Below are positions 43,633 to 55,139 of a DNA stretch of 64,000 nucleotides, piece after piece. Positions within the stretch are counted from its first letter, which is position 1. Each line of letters begins with the position of its first letter. Source of the DNA: Hyaloraphidium curvatum SAG 235-1. Its lineage: Eukaryota > Fungi > Monoblepharomycota. The notes under the pieces are model-generated. The model ran no database searches, had not been told where the DNA came from, and saw nothing but the letters and a program-made list of their open reading frames with translations. Both the position numbers and the translations under genes were made by a program. The DNA lies in contig JAIVFI010000005.1 of the NCBI GenBank assembly GCA_025558095.1, positions 1 through 64,000 on the forward strand. The letters run 5' to 3'.

Positions 43633-44709
43633 CTAAAGCTTCCCGGCCTGCTTCTTCTTGGCCTCCAGCTCCGCCTGCCGCTTGGCGAACCCGTTGCTCG
43701 TGTCCGACCCCGCCGTGACGGTCCGCGCCACCTGCCAGTAGGTCTCGTCGATGATGGCCGTGCGGAGCGCGTTGCGGACCGGGTTGCTGGTCCGCCATGT
43801 CAGCTGCCGTCTTCTCCCTGCCCGCAGTCGGTGCAGACCCACCGGATGAGCGACTTGGCCTCCAGCATGGTCGAGTGGTTGAACGTCTCCACCATCTGGT
43901 CGAGCATCTTCTTCGCCTCGTCGCGGAACACGGCGTCGGGCCACAGGCGCTGCACGCCGCCGACGGTGTGGAGCTCCTTGGCCGTGACCTTGCGCCCGGT
44001 GAGCGCCATGTCGAGGGTGAGGCCGGCCCCGATGCGCCACTGCCTGTGCGTGCCGAGTTGGGAAAGATCGGTAAGCAACCAAGATGCCGACCGAGTCCCC
44101 GCCGCGAACGCACCACGCCATGCTCGCCCCCGCCTCCAGCATCGCCCCCAGCGTCACGAACGGCATGTACACGTAGCAGCTCTCCGCGGCCAGCAGCAGG
44201 TCCCCCGACGCGATCCAGCACGCCGGCCAGCCGATCGCGGGCCCGTTGAGCTCCATGATGGTGATCTTGGTGTGCTCCACCAGGGCGAGGGCGGCGCCGC
44301 CGGGGCCGGACCACAGCATGCGGTGCTGCTCCTCCTGCGCGTCGTAGCGGGAGGTGAAGCCGCGGTTGCGGGGGCTGCTTTCGGCGATGTCCTTGAGGTC
44401 TGCCACGAGCGGGTCAACGGGTGCCCATGTCGCGCCCCGGGGAGTCGGGGACCCACCCTGCCCGGCCGAGAAGAACCTCCCTTCTCCAGTGATACGCGTG
44501 AACACCACCACCGGCAGGGTATCGATGAACCGCAGCGCCTTGATCAGCTCCGGGTAGCTCCCGTACTGCGTCAGCGAGTTGAGGCTCTTGGGCCGGTTCA
44601 GGACCAGGTTCGCCACTTTCCCGCCGTGGGAGACAGAGACGACGATGTCCTTGAACTGGGGCATCTCCTTGAGGAGCTCGGTCTGGAGGGCGGCTTTGGC
44701 GGCGTCCAT
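43633..44709 (-). CDS. Enoyl-CoA hydratase/isomerase (crotonase family), multi-exon, ends -GKL
   Basis: Motifs LNRPKSLNSL, TGEGRFFSAG, LNGPAIG, PFVTLG..LEAGAS. Confidence 0.85.
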   Translation of the reverse strand: MDAAKAALQTELLKEMPQFKDIVVSVSHGGKVANLVLNRPKSLNSLTQYGSYPELIKALRFIDTLPVVVFTRITGEGRFFSAGQGGSPTPRGATWAPVDPLVADLKDIAESSPRNRGFTSRYDAQEEQHRMLWSGPGGAALALVEHTKITIMELNGPAIGWPACWIASGDLLLAAESCYVYMPFVTLGAMLEAGASMAWCVRGGDSVGILVAYRSFPTRHAQAVAHRGRPHPRHGAHRAQGHGQGAPHRRRRAAPVARRRVPRRGEEDARPDGGDVQPLDHAGGQVAHPVGLHRLRAGRRRQLTWRTSNPVRNALRTAIIDETYWQVARTVTAGSDTSNGFAKRQAELEAKKKQAGKL

Positions 44710-44862
44710 GGCGGGCGGAACGGGATTCGGAGGGGCGGAACGCGCCTTTGGTGGGCGGCGCCGCGAGATGCCGGAACTGGCGTCGCTTCCAAGCCCTTGT
44801 GCTCTGTTTACCCTCCCCTCCGACGCGTCTTCTGCAGTTCGCTGCTCGATCCCGGCCCAGCA

Positions 44863-45881
44863 ATGTCCCGCCTTGCGTATCTCGGCCCACCGGGCACGCA
44901 CTCCCACGCCGCCGCCCTCGCCTCCTTCCCCTCGGCCACCTTTGTCCCCGCGCCCTCGATCCCCGGCCTGTTCGACGCCCTCCGCGCCGGCGACGCCGAG
45001 TACGCCCTCGTCCCGCTGCAGAACTCGCGCAGCGGCGGGGTGGCGCTGTCGCTGGACGCGATTGTGGCGTCGGTCCGCCGGGGGGGTGTGAGGGCGTGGG
45101 CGGACGCGTTCGTGGAGGTGCACCACTGCCTTCTCGCCAACGGACCGGACGGGCAGCCGCCGGACCTTTCGAAAATCAGGAAGGTGTACTCGCACAACGA
45201 GGCGCTGGCGCAGTGCGCCGGGTTTCTGGCGAGGAGGTGCCCGGGGGCGGAGCTGGTCCGGGTGGACTCGACGGCGCGGGCCGCGGAGGTGGCGGCGAAG
45301 GAGGAGGGAAGCGCGGCGATCGCGTCGGGGACGTGCTCGGATATCTATGGGATAGATGTGATGGAGAGGGACATCGAGGACGCACATGGTGGGTCCATGC
45401 ATTGCCGAACGGTTTCACGGTCCTCGGTGCTGACCCGTCCGACACGTCTCCATCAGACAACACGACGCGTTTTGTCGTCATTTCCTTGCCGTCGGCACCA
45501 CCACCACCCTTCCTCCCCTCCCAATCGCCATCTAGCCCTCCCTCCTCCCCCCAAACAGCCCTCCTCCTCCTCCTCCCCATCCAACCCCACGCCGCCACCT
45601 TTGACCCCCGCACCGCCATCGCCGGCACCACCAACTACGCCCTCAACCTCGGCGCCACCGAATCGCTCGCCTCGATCGTGGAGGCGCGCGCCGCCGTGCG
45701 CAACATGTGGAGCCGGCCGCACGTGGCGCCCGGGGGGACGGGGGCGGGGAGGTTCAGGGAGTGGTGGGTGGTGGAGTGCTGGCTGCCGCCGGGATGGACG
45801 GCGGAGAGGTTGGGGGAGGAGATTGAGGGGAGGGGAGGGTGCGAGGAGGTCGTGGTGCTGGGTTCGTGGGCGGCGGAGTGA
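44863..45881 (+). CDS. Prephenate dehydratase (PHA2/pheA-like)
   Basis: Motifs AYLGPPGTHS, VPLQNSRSG, VYSHNEALAQC, DSTARAA, NTTRFVVI. Confidence 0.9.
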
Positions 45882-46068
45882 GGCGGCGCGGCGGATGGAG
45901 ACGACGTTGCTTGGACCTGGACGATGAGCAACGTAGTACTAATCAACTAGATGAACTCAGAGTTAGTTTTGAAGTAAGAGGCGGGAAAACCTAGAGAGGG
46001 GACGGCGGTGGCGAAGCACCTCCGACTTTTGTTTCCGCCCTCAAAGACTGCCTGTTCTTCTCGCGAAG

Positions 46069-47286
46069 ATGGGCGGCCTCGTGGTCGGAAAAGCGCCACC
46101 CGAGAACTTCCTCGACGACCTGTCGTGGCTCGTGGAGCACCTCAACGCGCAGTCCGCGGCGGGTGCCCGCGCCACCGCGGCGTCGCTCGCCGACTTCAGC
46201 GGGCAGGGCGGGCTCAACGCGCAGATGCGCAAGCTGACGGTGGCGTACGACGACGGCACCGACAAGAAGTTCGTCCTCAAGACGATGCTCGAGGCCGAGC
46301 TCGGGCGGTCCAAGGCGCTCGGGCTCGCGCGCGAGTGCTTCTTCTACGCGCAGCTCGCGCCCGAGCTGCGCAAGCACGGCGTCGGCATCGCCGAGTGCGT
46401 GTACGTCTACGGCGACATCTCCAGCGGGAAAAAGACGATCGTGCTCGAGGACATCTCGGAGCGGTCGACGCAGTCGGGCTACTTCTTCGGCCCCGGCTCG
46501 CCGCACAACTGGGGCAAGGACCTCGCCGCGCTCACGGCCCCCAAAAACGGCGGGCCCGCCGCCACCGTGCTCGACGTGGCGCGGGACGCCTTCAAGACCG
46601 CCGCCAGGGTGCACGGCACCTACTGGATGGACAAGGACGCGCTGCTTGCCGAGGGCCGCGAATGGCTCCGCGGCGCGCGCCTGTACCGCCCCGGGGGCGG
46701 CGGCGAGGACGCCTGGACGGCGGCGCAGAAGACCGCCTCGGACATGTGGGCGGCGTACAAGGCCCAGCCCGGCGAACAGACCGCCAAGTTCGACCCGAAG
46801 CTGGTGGAGCTGATCGACGCGGCCATGGCCAAGGTCTCCTACCCGTCCTTCCTCGCCGAGCTCGAGACGCTGCAGTGGACCATGGGACACGGCGACTTCC
46901 ACCCCGCCAACGCGCTGTGGTGCTTCCCCGGCACCGTGCTCGTGGACTGGGAAATGGTCGGCGTCGGGTCCGGGCCGCAGGACCTGGCGCAGTACCTCAT
47001 CTCGCACATGGACCCCGCCGTCAGGCGCGAGAACGAGCGGGAGCTCCTGGAAGGCTACTACAAGGAGCTCCTCGCGGCGTCGGACGGGCGGATCACGGCC
47101 GAGTCGTACCCGTTCGAGGCATGCATGCGGGACTACGTCCAGGGCGGGGTCGCGAGGTGGGTCTGGATGCTGCCCATGTGCACGCGGCTGCCGGCGCCGC
47201 TGGTGCAGTACTTCCAGGACCAGCTGGCGGCGTTTGCGTTCGACCACGGCGTGACGCCCGAGAACGTGCCGATGCCGAGGTTCTAA
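46069..47286 (+). CDS. Ecdysteroid-kinase-like/APH-family phosphotransferase (intronless)
   Basis: Motifs RECFFY, VLEDI, HGDFHPAN, LVDWE, GPQDLAQY. Confidence 0.85.
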   Translation: MGGLVVGKAPPENFLDDLSWLVEHLNAQSAAGARATAASLADFSGQGGLNAQMRKLTVAYDDGTDKKFVLKTMLEAELGRSKALGLARECFFYAQLAPELRKHGVGIAECVYVYGDISSGKKTIVLEDISERSTQSGYFFGPGSPHNWGKDLAALTAPKNGGPAATVLDVARDAFKTAARVHGTYWMDKDALLAEGREWLRGARLYRPGGGGEDAWTAAQKTASDMWAAYKAQPGEQTAKFDPKLVELIDAAMAKVSYPSFLAELETLQWTMGHGDFHPANALWCFPGTVLVDWEMVGVGSGPQDLAQYLISHMDPAVRRENERELLEGYYKELLAASDGRITAESYPFEACMRDYVQGGVARWVWMLPMCTRLPAPLVQYFQDQLAAFAFDHGVTPENVPMPRF

Positions 47287-47454
47287 GCGGGCGTACGAAT
47301 GCCCGGGTTCCGGGGCGAGCTTGTCTGTAGCACGTAGCGCGCGCGGAATGGATTGCTTCGGAACCAACTGCCGACCGACGTCCACGTCTATGTTCAGCTC
47401 CAATGCAGATCTCGCTATGTACATGGCCGCATGGCCAGCACGCTCCACCCGGCA

Positions 47455-49461
47455 TCACTTCCGGCACGCCGGCGTCGCCGTCTCCGTCACCGTGACGAAC
47501 TCGCGCACCGTCACGGTCGCGGCGGGGATCTCCAGGTCGTCCCACGCCCTCCGCTTGAGCGCACAGGGCACCACCGTCGCCCGGGTGCACATCTTGCGGC
47601 TCGTCGTCTTCCTCCTCTTGGTGGTCGTCTTCCTTTTCTTGGTCGTCGCGGCGACGAGCTTCTTGGTAGTCGGGACGACGGCCCGAGCGGTGGTGGCCGG
47701 CGGCGGCGGGGGCGGAGGGGGCGGCGGCACCCCGCCCGGCACGACCATCGCGTTCGACGTCGCGCCCGCCTGGAACAGCCCCATCACCCCCCCCGTCCAG
47801 GCCGGAAAGTCGGGCACCGGCACCACCAGCACCGCCGTTTCCCCGGCGTTGATCGCGTTGTCCCTCAGCAGCTGCGCCTCGTTGCACGTCGGATTGCTGT
47901 TCGGGCACCCATCCCCGATACCGAGCGGCATGTCCGACCCGCCGTTCTGCACGAGGTTGCCCCGTATCACCAGCCCGTCGTCCGAGAGCGCGGGGTTCGG
48001 CACCCCCGTCACCCCCGTCACGGGCGTGCTCGGCCCGCGCACGGCAAAGTGCTGCCACTGCGACCTGAACGGCGCCGGGTTGACGATCCTGTTGTTGACC
48101 ACGTAGACGTTCAGGTTGGGCACGAACTCGCCGCCGTCGTTGGGCCCCGCCCATCCGCCCGAGGGCGGGCCCCACCCGCCGAGGGCGCGGTTGGCGGTGC
48201 ATTTGGCCGAGTCGCCGTCGCAGGAGCGGGAGCCGGGGACGAACTCGAGGGTGTGCGAGCGGGAGCCCACGCGGGTGCAGTTGTTGTAGGCGAAGAGGGT
48301 GTAGGCGCAGCCGTTGCATCCGAAGCAGGCTCCGACTGTTCCAGAGGCGGGAACCGACGATCAGACGGGGCGAAAGAAGCCCGCGACGAAAACCCACCGG
48401 TGTCGTGGATGACGTTGTTGGTGAACTTGATGTCGACCGCCTCGTAGAAGAGCCACGGCGCGACCATGTACTCGAACCCGGTCCCCTGTCCGGCCGTGAA
48501 CCCCCCGGTCCCGCAGTTGTAGAACTCGTTCCCGTGCACGCGGAAGTAGGCCGATCCGCCCTTGAGATAGGCGCACCAGTCATCCGCATCGAAGAATTTC
48601 GAGTTGATGATGTGCCCGCTGTGCACGGCGACGTAGTCCAGCGCGTTCTCGTACGACCCCGAGAGCTGGCACGATTCGACAAAGACCATGGAGCACTGGT
48701 TGGCCTTGAGCGTCTCGTGTGCCGCCCCGCGGCCGTTGGCGCGCAGGTTGCGCATGAGCAGGTAGTGGCACTGCTCGAAGTGGAGGCAGTCGCCGGCCAC
48801 GTCGATGGCGAAGTCGAGGAGGTAGAGGTAGCGGCAGTTGAAGACGTTGAGGTCGCCGTTGAGGGTGACGGTGCCGGGGGTGACGGCCTGGATGACGGTG
48901 GGGTATTGGTACGTGCCCACGGCGTTCTCCATCTGTGGTGCAGGTAGAGGTTACTACGGCGTTCCAACAAGCAACCCTGGCGGCCGAGAAACCCACGTAG
49001 TTGGGAAGCTGGCTCTCCGGGTACGTCCCCGGCATCAGGTAGACCCTGTATCCGGTCGTGCGGGTGGCGTTGCTGCCCGTGCGGTGGACGAGGTCCCGCC
49101 AGGCGCGGGCAAAGGTGGTCGGGGTCGAGGGCGAGGCGCCGTCGGCGGCCTCGGAGCCGGAGGGCGAGCAGTAGATGTCGCGGAGGACGGGAGAGCCCAT
49201 GTCGTAGGGGAGGGTGTTTGTCGACATGCTGTTTTTCGAGTGGTTAGGCGGAAGAAGTCAGGGGAGGCAGCGGTTTTCCCACAGGTTGGGAGCAAGGTGC
49301 GGCGGCGCCAGCTGGGCGTTCGCAGCGGCGAACAGCGCCAGCGCTGAGAGACAAAAGGCGAGGGCGGGGAGGCGGCGCGGGCCGCGGGGGGCGCGGAGGC
49401 CAGCGCGGTGCGCGGCGGGCATCGCGGGTGTCCGGCGGGGCAAAGCGGGTGCGGCGGTCAT
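47455..49461 (-). CDS. Secreted right-handed beta-helix (pectin-lyase-like) protein with Pro/Thr/Lys tail, multi-exon
   Basis: Signal peptide; motifs IYCSPSGS..ADG, LMPGTY, ETLKANQC, DWCAYLKGGS, GGFTAGQGTG, NNVIHDT. Confidence 0.7.
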
Positions 49462-49938
49462 CGTTGCCGGCTCCGGGGGATCACCGGCGTTTTATCTCCG
49501 AGCAAAGGCACAGCGGGGCCCCTCAGCATGGTCCCCTGGGGTCGATGACGTTCGGAGCTGTGCAAGGGGGTGCGGCAACGTCCCAAACTCAGCTTTTCGC
49601 CACACGACCAAACGGGCAGCGCGGGCTTCAGGTGACCTTGCCACCGAACAAGAAAGCTCGATTAGTCTACAGTGCTGACGGTATGTGGTCGTTGGACGGG
49701 ATTCGCCCGCTCCGGCCGGGATCGCATCCGACAGTCATCCTCCCTGGCTGTGTCGGGTGAGGCAGCCGACCTCCGACCGCGGCCGGCCCAGCATCCCAGC
49801 ATCCGCACAGCCAATAAGTCCGACCTGCAGTTTACTGTGTCTAGATGGATATGTACACGGCATCCGTCCAAGAAGCGAAACCGGAATCCCCGTTAGCGAC
49901 GCCGCCGGAATAGCACCCGCTGCTGCTCCACGACCACC

Positions 49939-50480
49939 TCAGATCATTCCGAACGCGCGCATGATCATCAGCGTGTCCATCAGGTCCCCTCCCCGGCCCT
50001 TGCCGCCCCTCCCGCCCCTGCCGCCCCGCCCGCCGCGCTTGCCGAAGCCTCCAAAGAGGCCGCCGAGGGAGCCGCGGGACCAGCGTTTCTCGCACTTGGG
50101 GCACTCGAAGGTGCTTGCGGTGCCGGCAAAGTAGTGCCCGCCGCAGGCGGTGCAGTGCGTGTTGCGGACGTCGCCTGCCCGTGCCGGAACCGCCACGCCC
50201 GGTGATCAAGCCACCGTGCGGCAACCCACCGATGCAGGTCCCGTGCCCGGGGCACTCCCCGCAGTGATTGTGCCATTTGCCGCTCGAAATGCGCGGGCGC
50301 CCGGTGCAGCGGTCCGTCACGTAGTTGCCGCAGCCGCAGCCCTCGGCCTCCTCGTCGTCGGGGTCGCCGCCGCAGGGGGCTCCGCCGGTCTCGTCGCCGA
50401 AAGTGCCTCAGAAAAACGAACTGCTCCCTGCCGAATCACGATCCGACGTGTGCGTGGCCCGCTCCGTGGTCCCATCTCCA
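49939..50480 (-). CDS. Small Cys/His-rich putative zinc-binding protein with RGG tail
   Basis: HNHCGECPGHGTCIG|DVRNTHCTACGGHY...CPKC; GGRGGRGG. Confidence 0.45.
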
Positions 50481-50643
50481 TCATCCTCCCCCCGTCTCCT
50501 TTGGTGTGACGGAGCGCCCGACGCGCGGAGCGAGGCCGGTGCCAAAAGTATCGATTCACCAGTACAGAAACTCCGAGCCGCATCTCGGATCCAAAACCCC
50601 ACTACTCGTCCAAATACTCTCGCTTCCAATCCGGGCCAGGAGC

Positions 50644-51440
50644 CTACCTCCTGCCGACCTTGGTCGACGTGACCGTGACGGTCGCGACGCCCACGTGGTG
50701 CGCGTCTTGGTCAGCGTTGGGATCCACACTGTCGTCCCCTTGCCAGAGAGGATCACTTTGGTCGAGGTCGTCGTGAACGAGATGGTGGTGGCCTTGGTGG
50801 CAGCCGGCACAGTCGTCGTCGTCGAAACAGTCTTGACGCGGAACGTGGTGGAGAGGCCCCTGAGGAGCGTGCTGGTCGTGGTTCCCAAAGACTTGGTCAC
50901 CACGCTGGTGACGGAGATGGTGCCCAGGGTCTGCCACCGGCGCCGGTTAAGCTTGTCAGAGCTGGCGTGGAGGCGCCTGCTCACCTTGACGCTCCCCACG
51001 TTCGTCGTCGAAAGGGCAGTCGACGTCACAGTGATCGTGGTGGTCGTCGGCACCAGGACGGTGGACAGCAGGGTCGTCGTCGCCGTGACGGTTGTGAACT
51101 CGTTCGCGGTCACCTGGACCTGGAGACGGGGATCGCGATCAGTCGCGTCCGGGAGCGCAGGGCGGCGATCCCACCCCCGTAACGGTGATCGTGGTGCTGA
51201 GCGATGTCGTGGTGGAAACCGTCGTGGTCGAGGTGACGGTTTTCGTCACCGTGGGGGTTGTCTGGCGCCGGCCGAGGACGTGGAAGGCTGGGCGGACGTC
51301 GCGGGGGTTCGGCACCCGTGCCCCGTTCCCGGACCGAGCGGCACACTCACGTCCGGGCGAGAAGATGTCGCCTGCCAGGGCCCGCCGGGGGCCCGATGCC
51401 TGATCCCCCCATGCGGGACCGGCCAGCGCGCTCGCCCGGC
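50644..51440 (-). pseudogene. Thr-rich secreted-type protein, apparently 5'-truncated and frameshifted
   Basis: TVT-rich exons with clear introns; no ATG or complete signal peptide; frameshift near 50690. Confidence 0.45.
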
Positions 51441-51449
51441 CATCGCCGG

Positions 51450-52721
51450 TTCTTGAGTCTGATTGAGACTGCGGTCCAGTTTCTACAGCGTCTCTGAGAA
51501 CAAGGCGTTTGCGAAAGGTGCGCTCGGCGGCAGGACCGCCATTCCGGAGTTGCCTGATCACCTTCGACGGCAGCCTGGATCCAGGCCTTTACCTGGGCCC
51601 TGTTCAACCCTCTTTTGGGCCGACCTGGTTACATCTACGTGCTCGAAGACCGCGACAGGTGCCCCGCCTGCGCCGTCACCCCGGCAGTCAGCTGACGTAC
51701 GAAACAGCTTTGTCTCGTTCGACGACCTGAACCAGACCTCCTTCCTGCCCAAGGCCGGCGCGACCATCAGGAGCATGAGCACAGACACCCCGCTTAATGA
51801 CGCCACACACTCCCTGGTGGGTTTCGTTGGGGTCGCTCTGGAGGATGACGGCCCCGTGACGCTCCCCGACGCAAAGAACACCGTGCCGGGCTCCGTCCAG
51901 AATTTCTACCCGGACTTCATCAGGAACTGCACCTTCATATCCGGACCCACGATCGTCTGCACGATGCTCAGGCTGCTGGGCACGGAAGCCTCCGACGCAG
52001 TGTGGGTGGAAGCCCGGCACCGTCTTGCGAGCTCACTCTGACCCAAATCGATTCGATTGTTCCAGGTGGAGCCGCATCTGGAGGTACCCAGTTGACGGCG
52101 ATTGGACCCGGATAAACGCGGCCTCCTACAACCCGACGCTGAAGCAGATGACCTTCACGCTCGCCGGGAACGCCCGCCCGGGGACGTGGGAGATCTACCT
52201 CACGGGCATCGGCACCGGCGCGCGGTTCGACGTTCCCGGCGCGACCGTCACGGTCACCTCGACGCAGGCTGCGACGGCCACGGTGGTCAAGACGCTCACG
52301 CAGGCCAGCACGACGACGTCGGTCCCGCCTGCCATCACCACAACACACGTCGACGAGCTTCAGCACGGCGTCGTCGGTCACCACCGTGCCCTCGGTCGCG
52401 ACCATCATCCGCTCCGCGACGACCACCTCGGTCTCCACCATCTCGCAGGACGCCTTCACCCTCGCGACCAAGTCGCTGGTGTCCACCGTGTCCGTCTACA
52501 AGGCCACCAAGACGACGCTCAAGGTCGTCAAGCTGCAGACGGTCAGCAAGACGGTCAGCGAGACCAAGACGGTCAAGTCGGGGACGAAGTCGACCACGAC
52601 GACGCTCTCGTTCGTGAGCACGGTCAAGAGCACCAGCTTCCGGACGACGGTGGTCAAGTACAAGAAGACTACGACCAAGACCGTGCTGGCAACGACGGTC
52701 ACCGCAACCGTGTTTGTTTGA
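51450..52721 (+). pseudogene. Protein with Thr-rich tail, apparently 5'-truncated and frameshifted
   Basis: Exon chain FYSVSENKAFAK|AWIQAFTW...|SFVSFDDL...|WSRIW begins inside an intron remnant; frameshift near 52345. Confidence 0.45.
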
Positions 52722-52963
52722 TCGCCCGTCCCCGAGGGAGAAGCGCGGCGCGGCGATCGGTTGCGGATGGGCGGCGGAGCGATCGGACGGGAAGCACCGA
52801 GATCGATTTGGACACTCTTTCACGCGTGTATGGTCGAACAATTCCTCATCGAATTTTGGGTAATGAGGAGCTGTCAATCCCATCGTACGGCCGCGTCGGT
52901 GCACAGCTGAAGCCAGTGTCGGAGCCGGGCCGCGACGCCAAGAAGCCAGGCATCATCGTCCCC

Positions 52964-54664
52964 TCATCCCTCGGGCCTCTGCAGCCCCTCGGCCTCGACG
53001 ATCGCCCGCAGCCTCTCCGGCAGCTCCTCGCTGGACGGCCGCTTGGCCGGATCCGAGTCCCAGCACGCCTCGATCAGCCCCCACAGCGCGTCGGGGGTGC
53101 CCTCCTGCCGGGCCGGCCGCTCCCCCGCGGAGAGCGTGTCGAAGATCTGCGCGCAAAGTAAGGCGGGCGGTGAGCCTCCCCCGCATGCGCGACAGCCGGC
53201 CGGGTTCCCACCTCGCTGCTCCTGACCCGATCCACCGTCCCCGCCGCGCGGAACGGCTGCCTGCCCCCCGCGGTCACCTGGTACAGCATCACCCCCCATG
53301 CGTACACGTCCGCGCTCGGCGCCTTGCGGTACGGCGCTCCCGCATTCCCCATCTCGAAGACCTCGGGCGGCTGATACATGGCGGTCGCCCTGCCGTAGCT
53401 GTTTCTCGAGGAGGACCCGCGGAGGGAGCGGAAGCGGGCCATGCCAAAGTCCGTGATCTTTGCGCGGTGCGAAGAGATGAGGACGTTGCTGGGGGTGAGG
53501 TCGCCGTGGATGATGCCGCTGCGGTGGGCGTGGCGCAGGCCGAGGGAGACGTCGTGGAGGAGGTGCAGGCCGCAGGCGAGGAATTCCTTTTTTAGAGAGG
53601 GTGAGGTTCCTCCGGCAGGTCTGTTTGAAGAGGTAGGCGACGAGGTCGCCGCCGTCGGCGATCTCCGAGGCCATCAGGCACGGGTCGAGCGAGAAGGCGA
53701 GCAGCCTGTGGATGTTTTTGTGCTCCAAGGCCGCCCAGATGCGGACCTCGCGGAGGAAAAGCCGCTCCAGCTCGGGCGACTGGTGCTCGATCATGACCTT
53801 GACCGCCGCCGGGGTCCGCGACACGCCGTCGGGGCCCACGAGGTGGCCGCGGTAGACGTACCCGAACCCGCCTTCGCCGAGGAAGGTCGAGTCGTCCCTC
53901 CAGTTGTACACGATCCGGGTGGCGTCGACCTTGAGCCTGTTGAACCCCTGCGCGACGACCTCCTCGAGCAGCACCGCCCGCAGCACCCCGCTGCACGCGT
54001 CTCGGGGGGGCACCCCGCGCGCGTCGGGTTTGTTGACCTCGACGCGGTCCTGGTGGTTCAGCATCAGCCTGACCACGGCCTCGGAGCCGGACGCGCAGGC
54101 GTGCCAGAAGGCCGTGCGGCCTTCATTGTCCGTCGCGTTCAGGTCGACGGGGTGCTCGGGGCTCAGGAGCTCCTGGACGATCTCGAGGAGGTTCAGCCTG
54201 CACGCGTGCATGAGCGCCGTCGTCCCGCCGCGGTCCTTCTTGTTGACCTGGTCCGGCGTGATCCGCTTCGGGTGCTCCAGCAGGATCCGCAGGGTCTCGT
54301 ACTGGTTGTTGATGCACGCCGCCATGAAGGCGTTTGAACCGTCCGCCGCCTCGAGTCCGTAGCCCACGGCGCCTTCGCGGGGAGGCCGCGCGACGAGCTG
54401 CCTCACCACGGCCTCGCGCCCCTCCCTGCAGGCCAGGTCGAACCCCGACTCCCCCGCGGCATTGCGCGCGTCGGCGTCCGCGCCGCGCTCGAGCAGCATC
54501 GCCGCGAGGAACAGCCCGCCGCGGGCGCACGCGGCCGCGAAGCACCGGTCGCCCTGCGCGTCGGGCGCGTCCAGGCGCGATGCGTGGGCCGCGATGAACC
54601 GCCCTACCAAGCGAGGGTCGTCGCTGGCGCAGGCGGCATCGAAGGCGCGCTCGTAGTCCGCCAT
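52964..54664 (-). CDS. Ankyrin-repeat + tyrosine-kinase-like (TKL) protein kinase, multi-exon
   Basis: About 5 ankyrin repeats (GTTALMHAC, GRTAFWHAC); kinase motifs LGEGGFGYVY, AAVK, HGDLTPSN, DFG, CWDSDPAKRPS. Confidence 0.9.
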   Translation of the reverse strand: MADYERAFDAACASDDPRLVGRFIAAHASRLDAPDAQGDRCFAAACARGGLFLAAMLLERGADADARNAAGESGFDLACREGREAVVRQLVARPPREGAVGYGLEAADGSNAFMAACINNQYETLRILLEHPKRITPDQVNKKDRGGTTALMHACRLNLLEIVQELLSPEHPVDLNATDNEGRTAFWHACASGSEAVVRLMLNHQDRVEVNKPDARGVPPRDACSGVLRAVLLEEVVAQGFNRLKVDATRIVYNWRDDSTFLGEGGFGYVYRGHLVGPDGVSRTPAAVKVMIEHQSPELERLFLREVRIWAALEHKNIHRLLAFSLDPCLMASEIADGGDLVAYLFKQTCRRNLTLSKKGIPRLRPAPPPRRLPRPAPRPPQRHHPRRPHPQQRPHLFAPRKDHGLWHGPLPLPPRVLLEKQLRQGDRHVSAARGLRDGECGSAVPQGAERGRVRMGGDAVPGDRGGQAAVPRGGDGGSGQEQRGGNPAGCRACGGGSPPALLCAQIFDTLSAGERPARQEGTPDALWGLIEACWDSDPAKRPSSEELPERLRAIVEAEGLQRPEG

Positions 54665-55139
54665 GGCCGCGATTCCTTGTGCGTCGGTGATTCCGCCTCA
54701 GTTCGCGGGATGGCGTTCCAATCAGTTCCGAACTGATTAGAATCCAGGGATGGCAGGTCGCATGACCGAGCAGCCCTGCAATGGGTCTCGGATGGGACCA
54801 AATTCCATCTGAATCCATTGATATCTTCCGCCTAGGCTCGCGGTTGGGAGCTAGGAGCGCCGGCGGCATTGCGCACCATCGTGCCTTGTTGACGGCTGGA
54901 GCGGCGCTCCGCCTCACAGTGCTGAGGAGACGACGCGGGGTCAGCAAACGGCCCTGCGACCGCGCAGGCTCGCCTTAGGAGATCTCATTGTCTCCTCAGA
55001 GCGCCGCTGACGGGATTCGCCGCGGAACCCGCGATTTCCGGCACGCGCCGACGGCACAGCTTGTTGTGCCCATCAGATCTGAGCCCGCGTTTCGACGCCC
55101 GCGGCATTGAATCCCGCCTTTCGGCCCCCGCGGACAACA

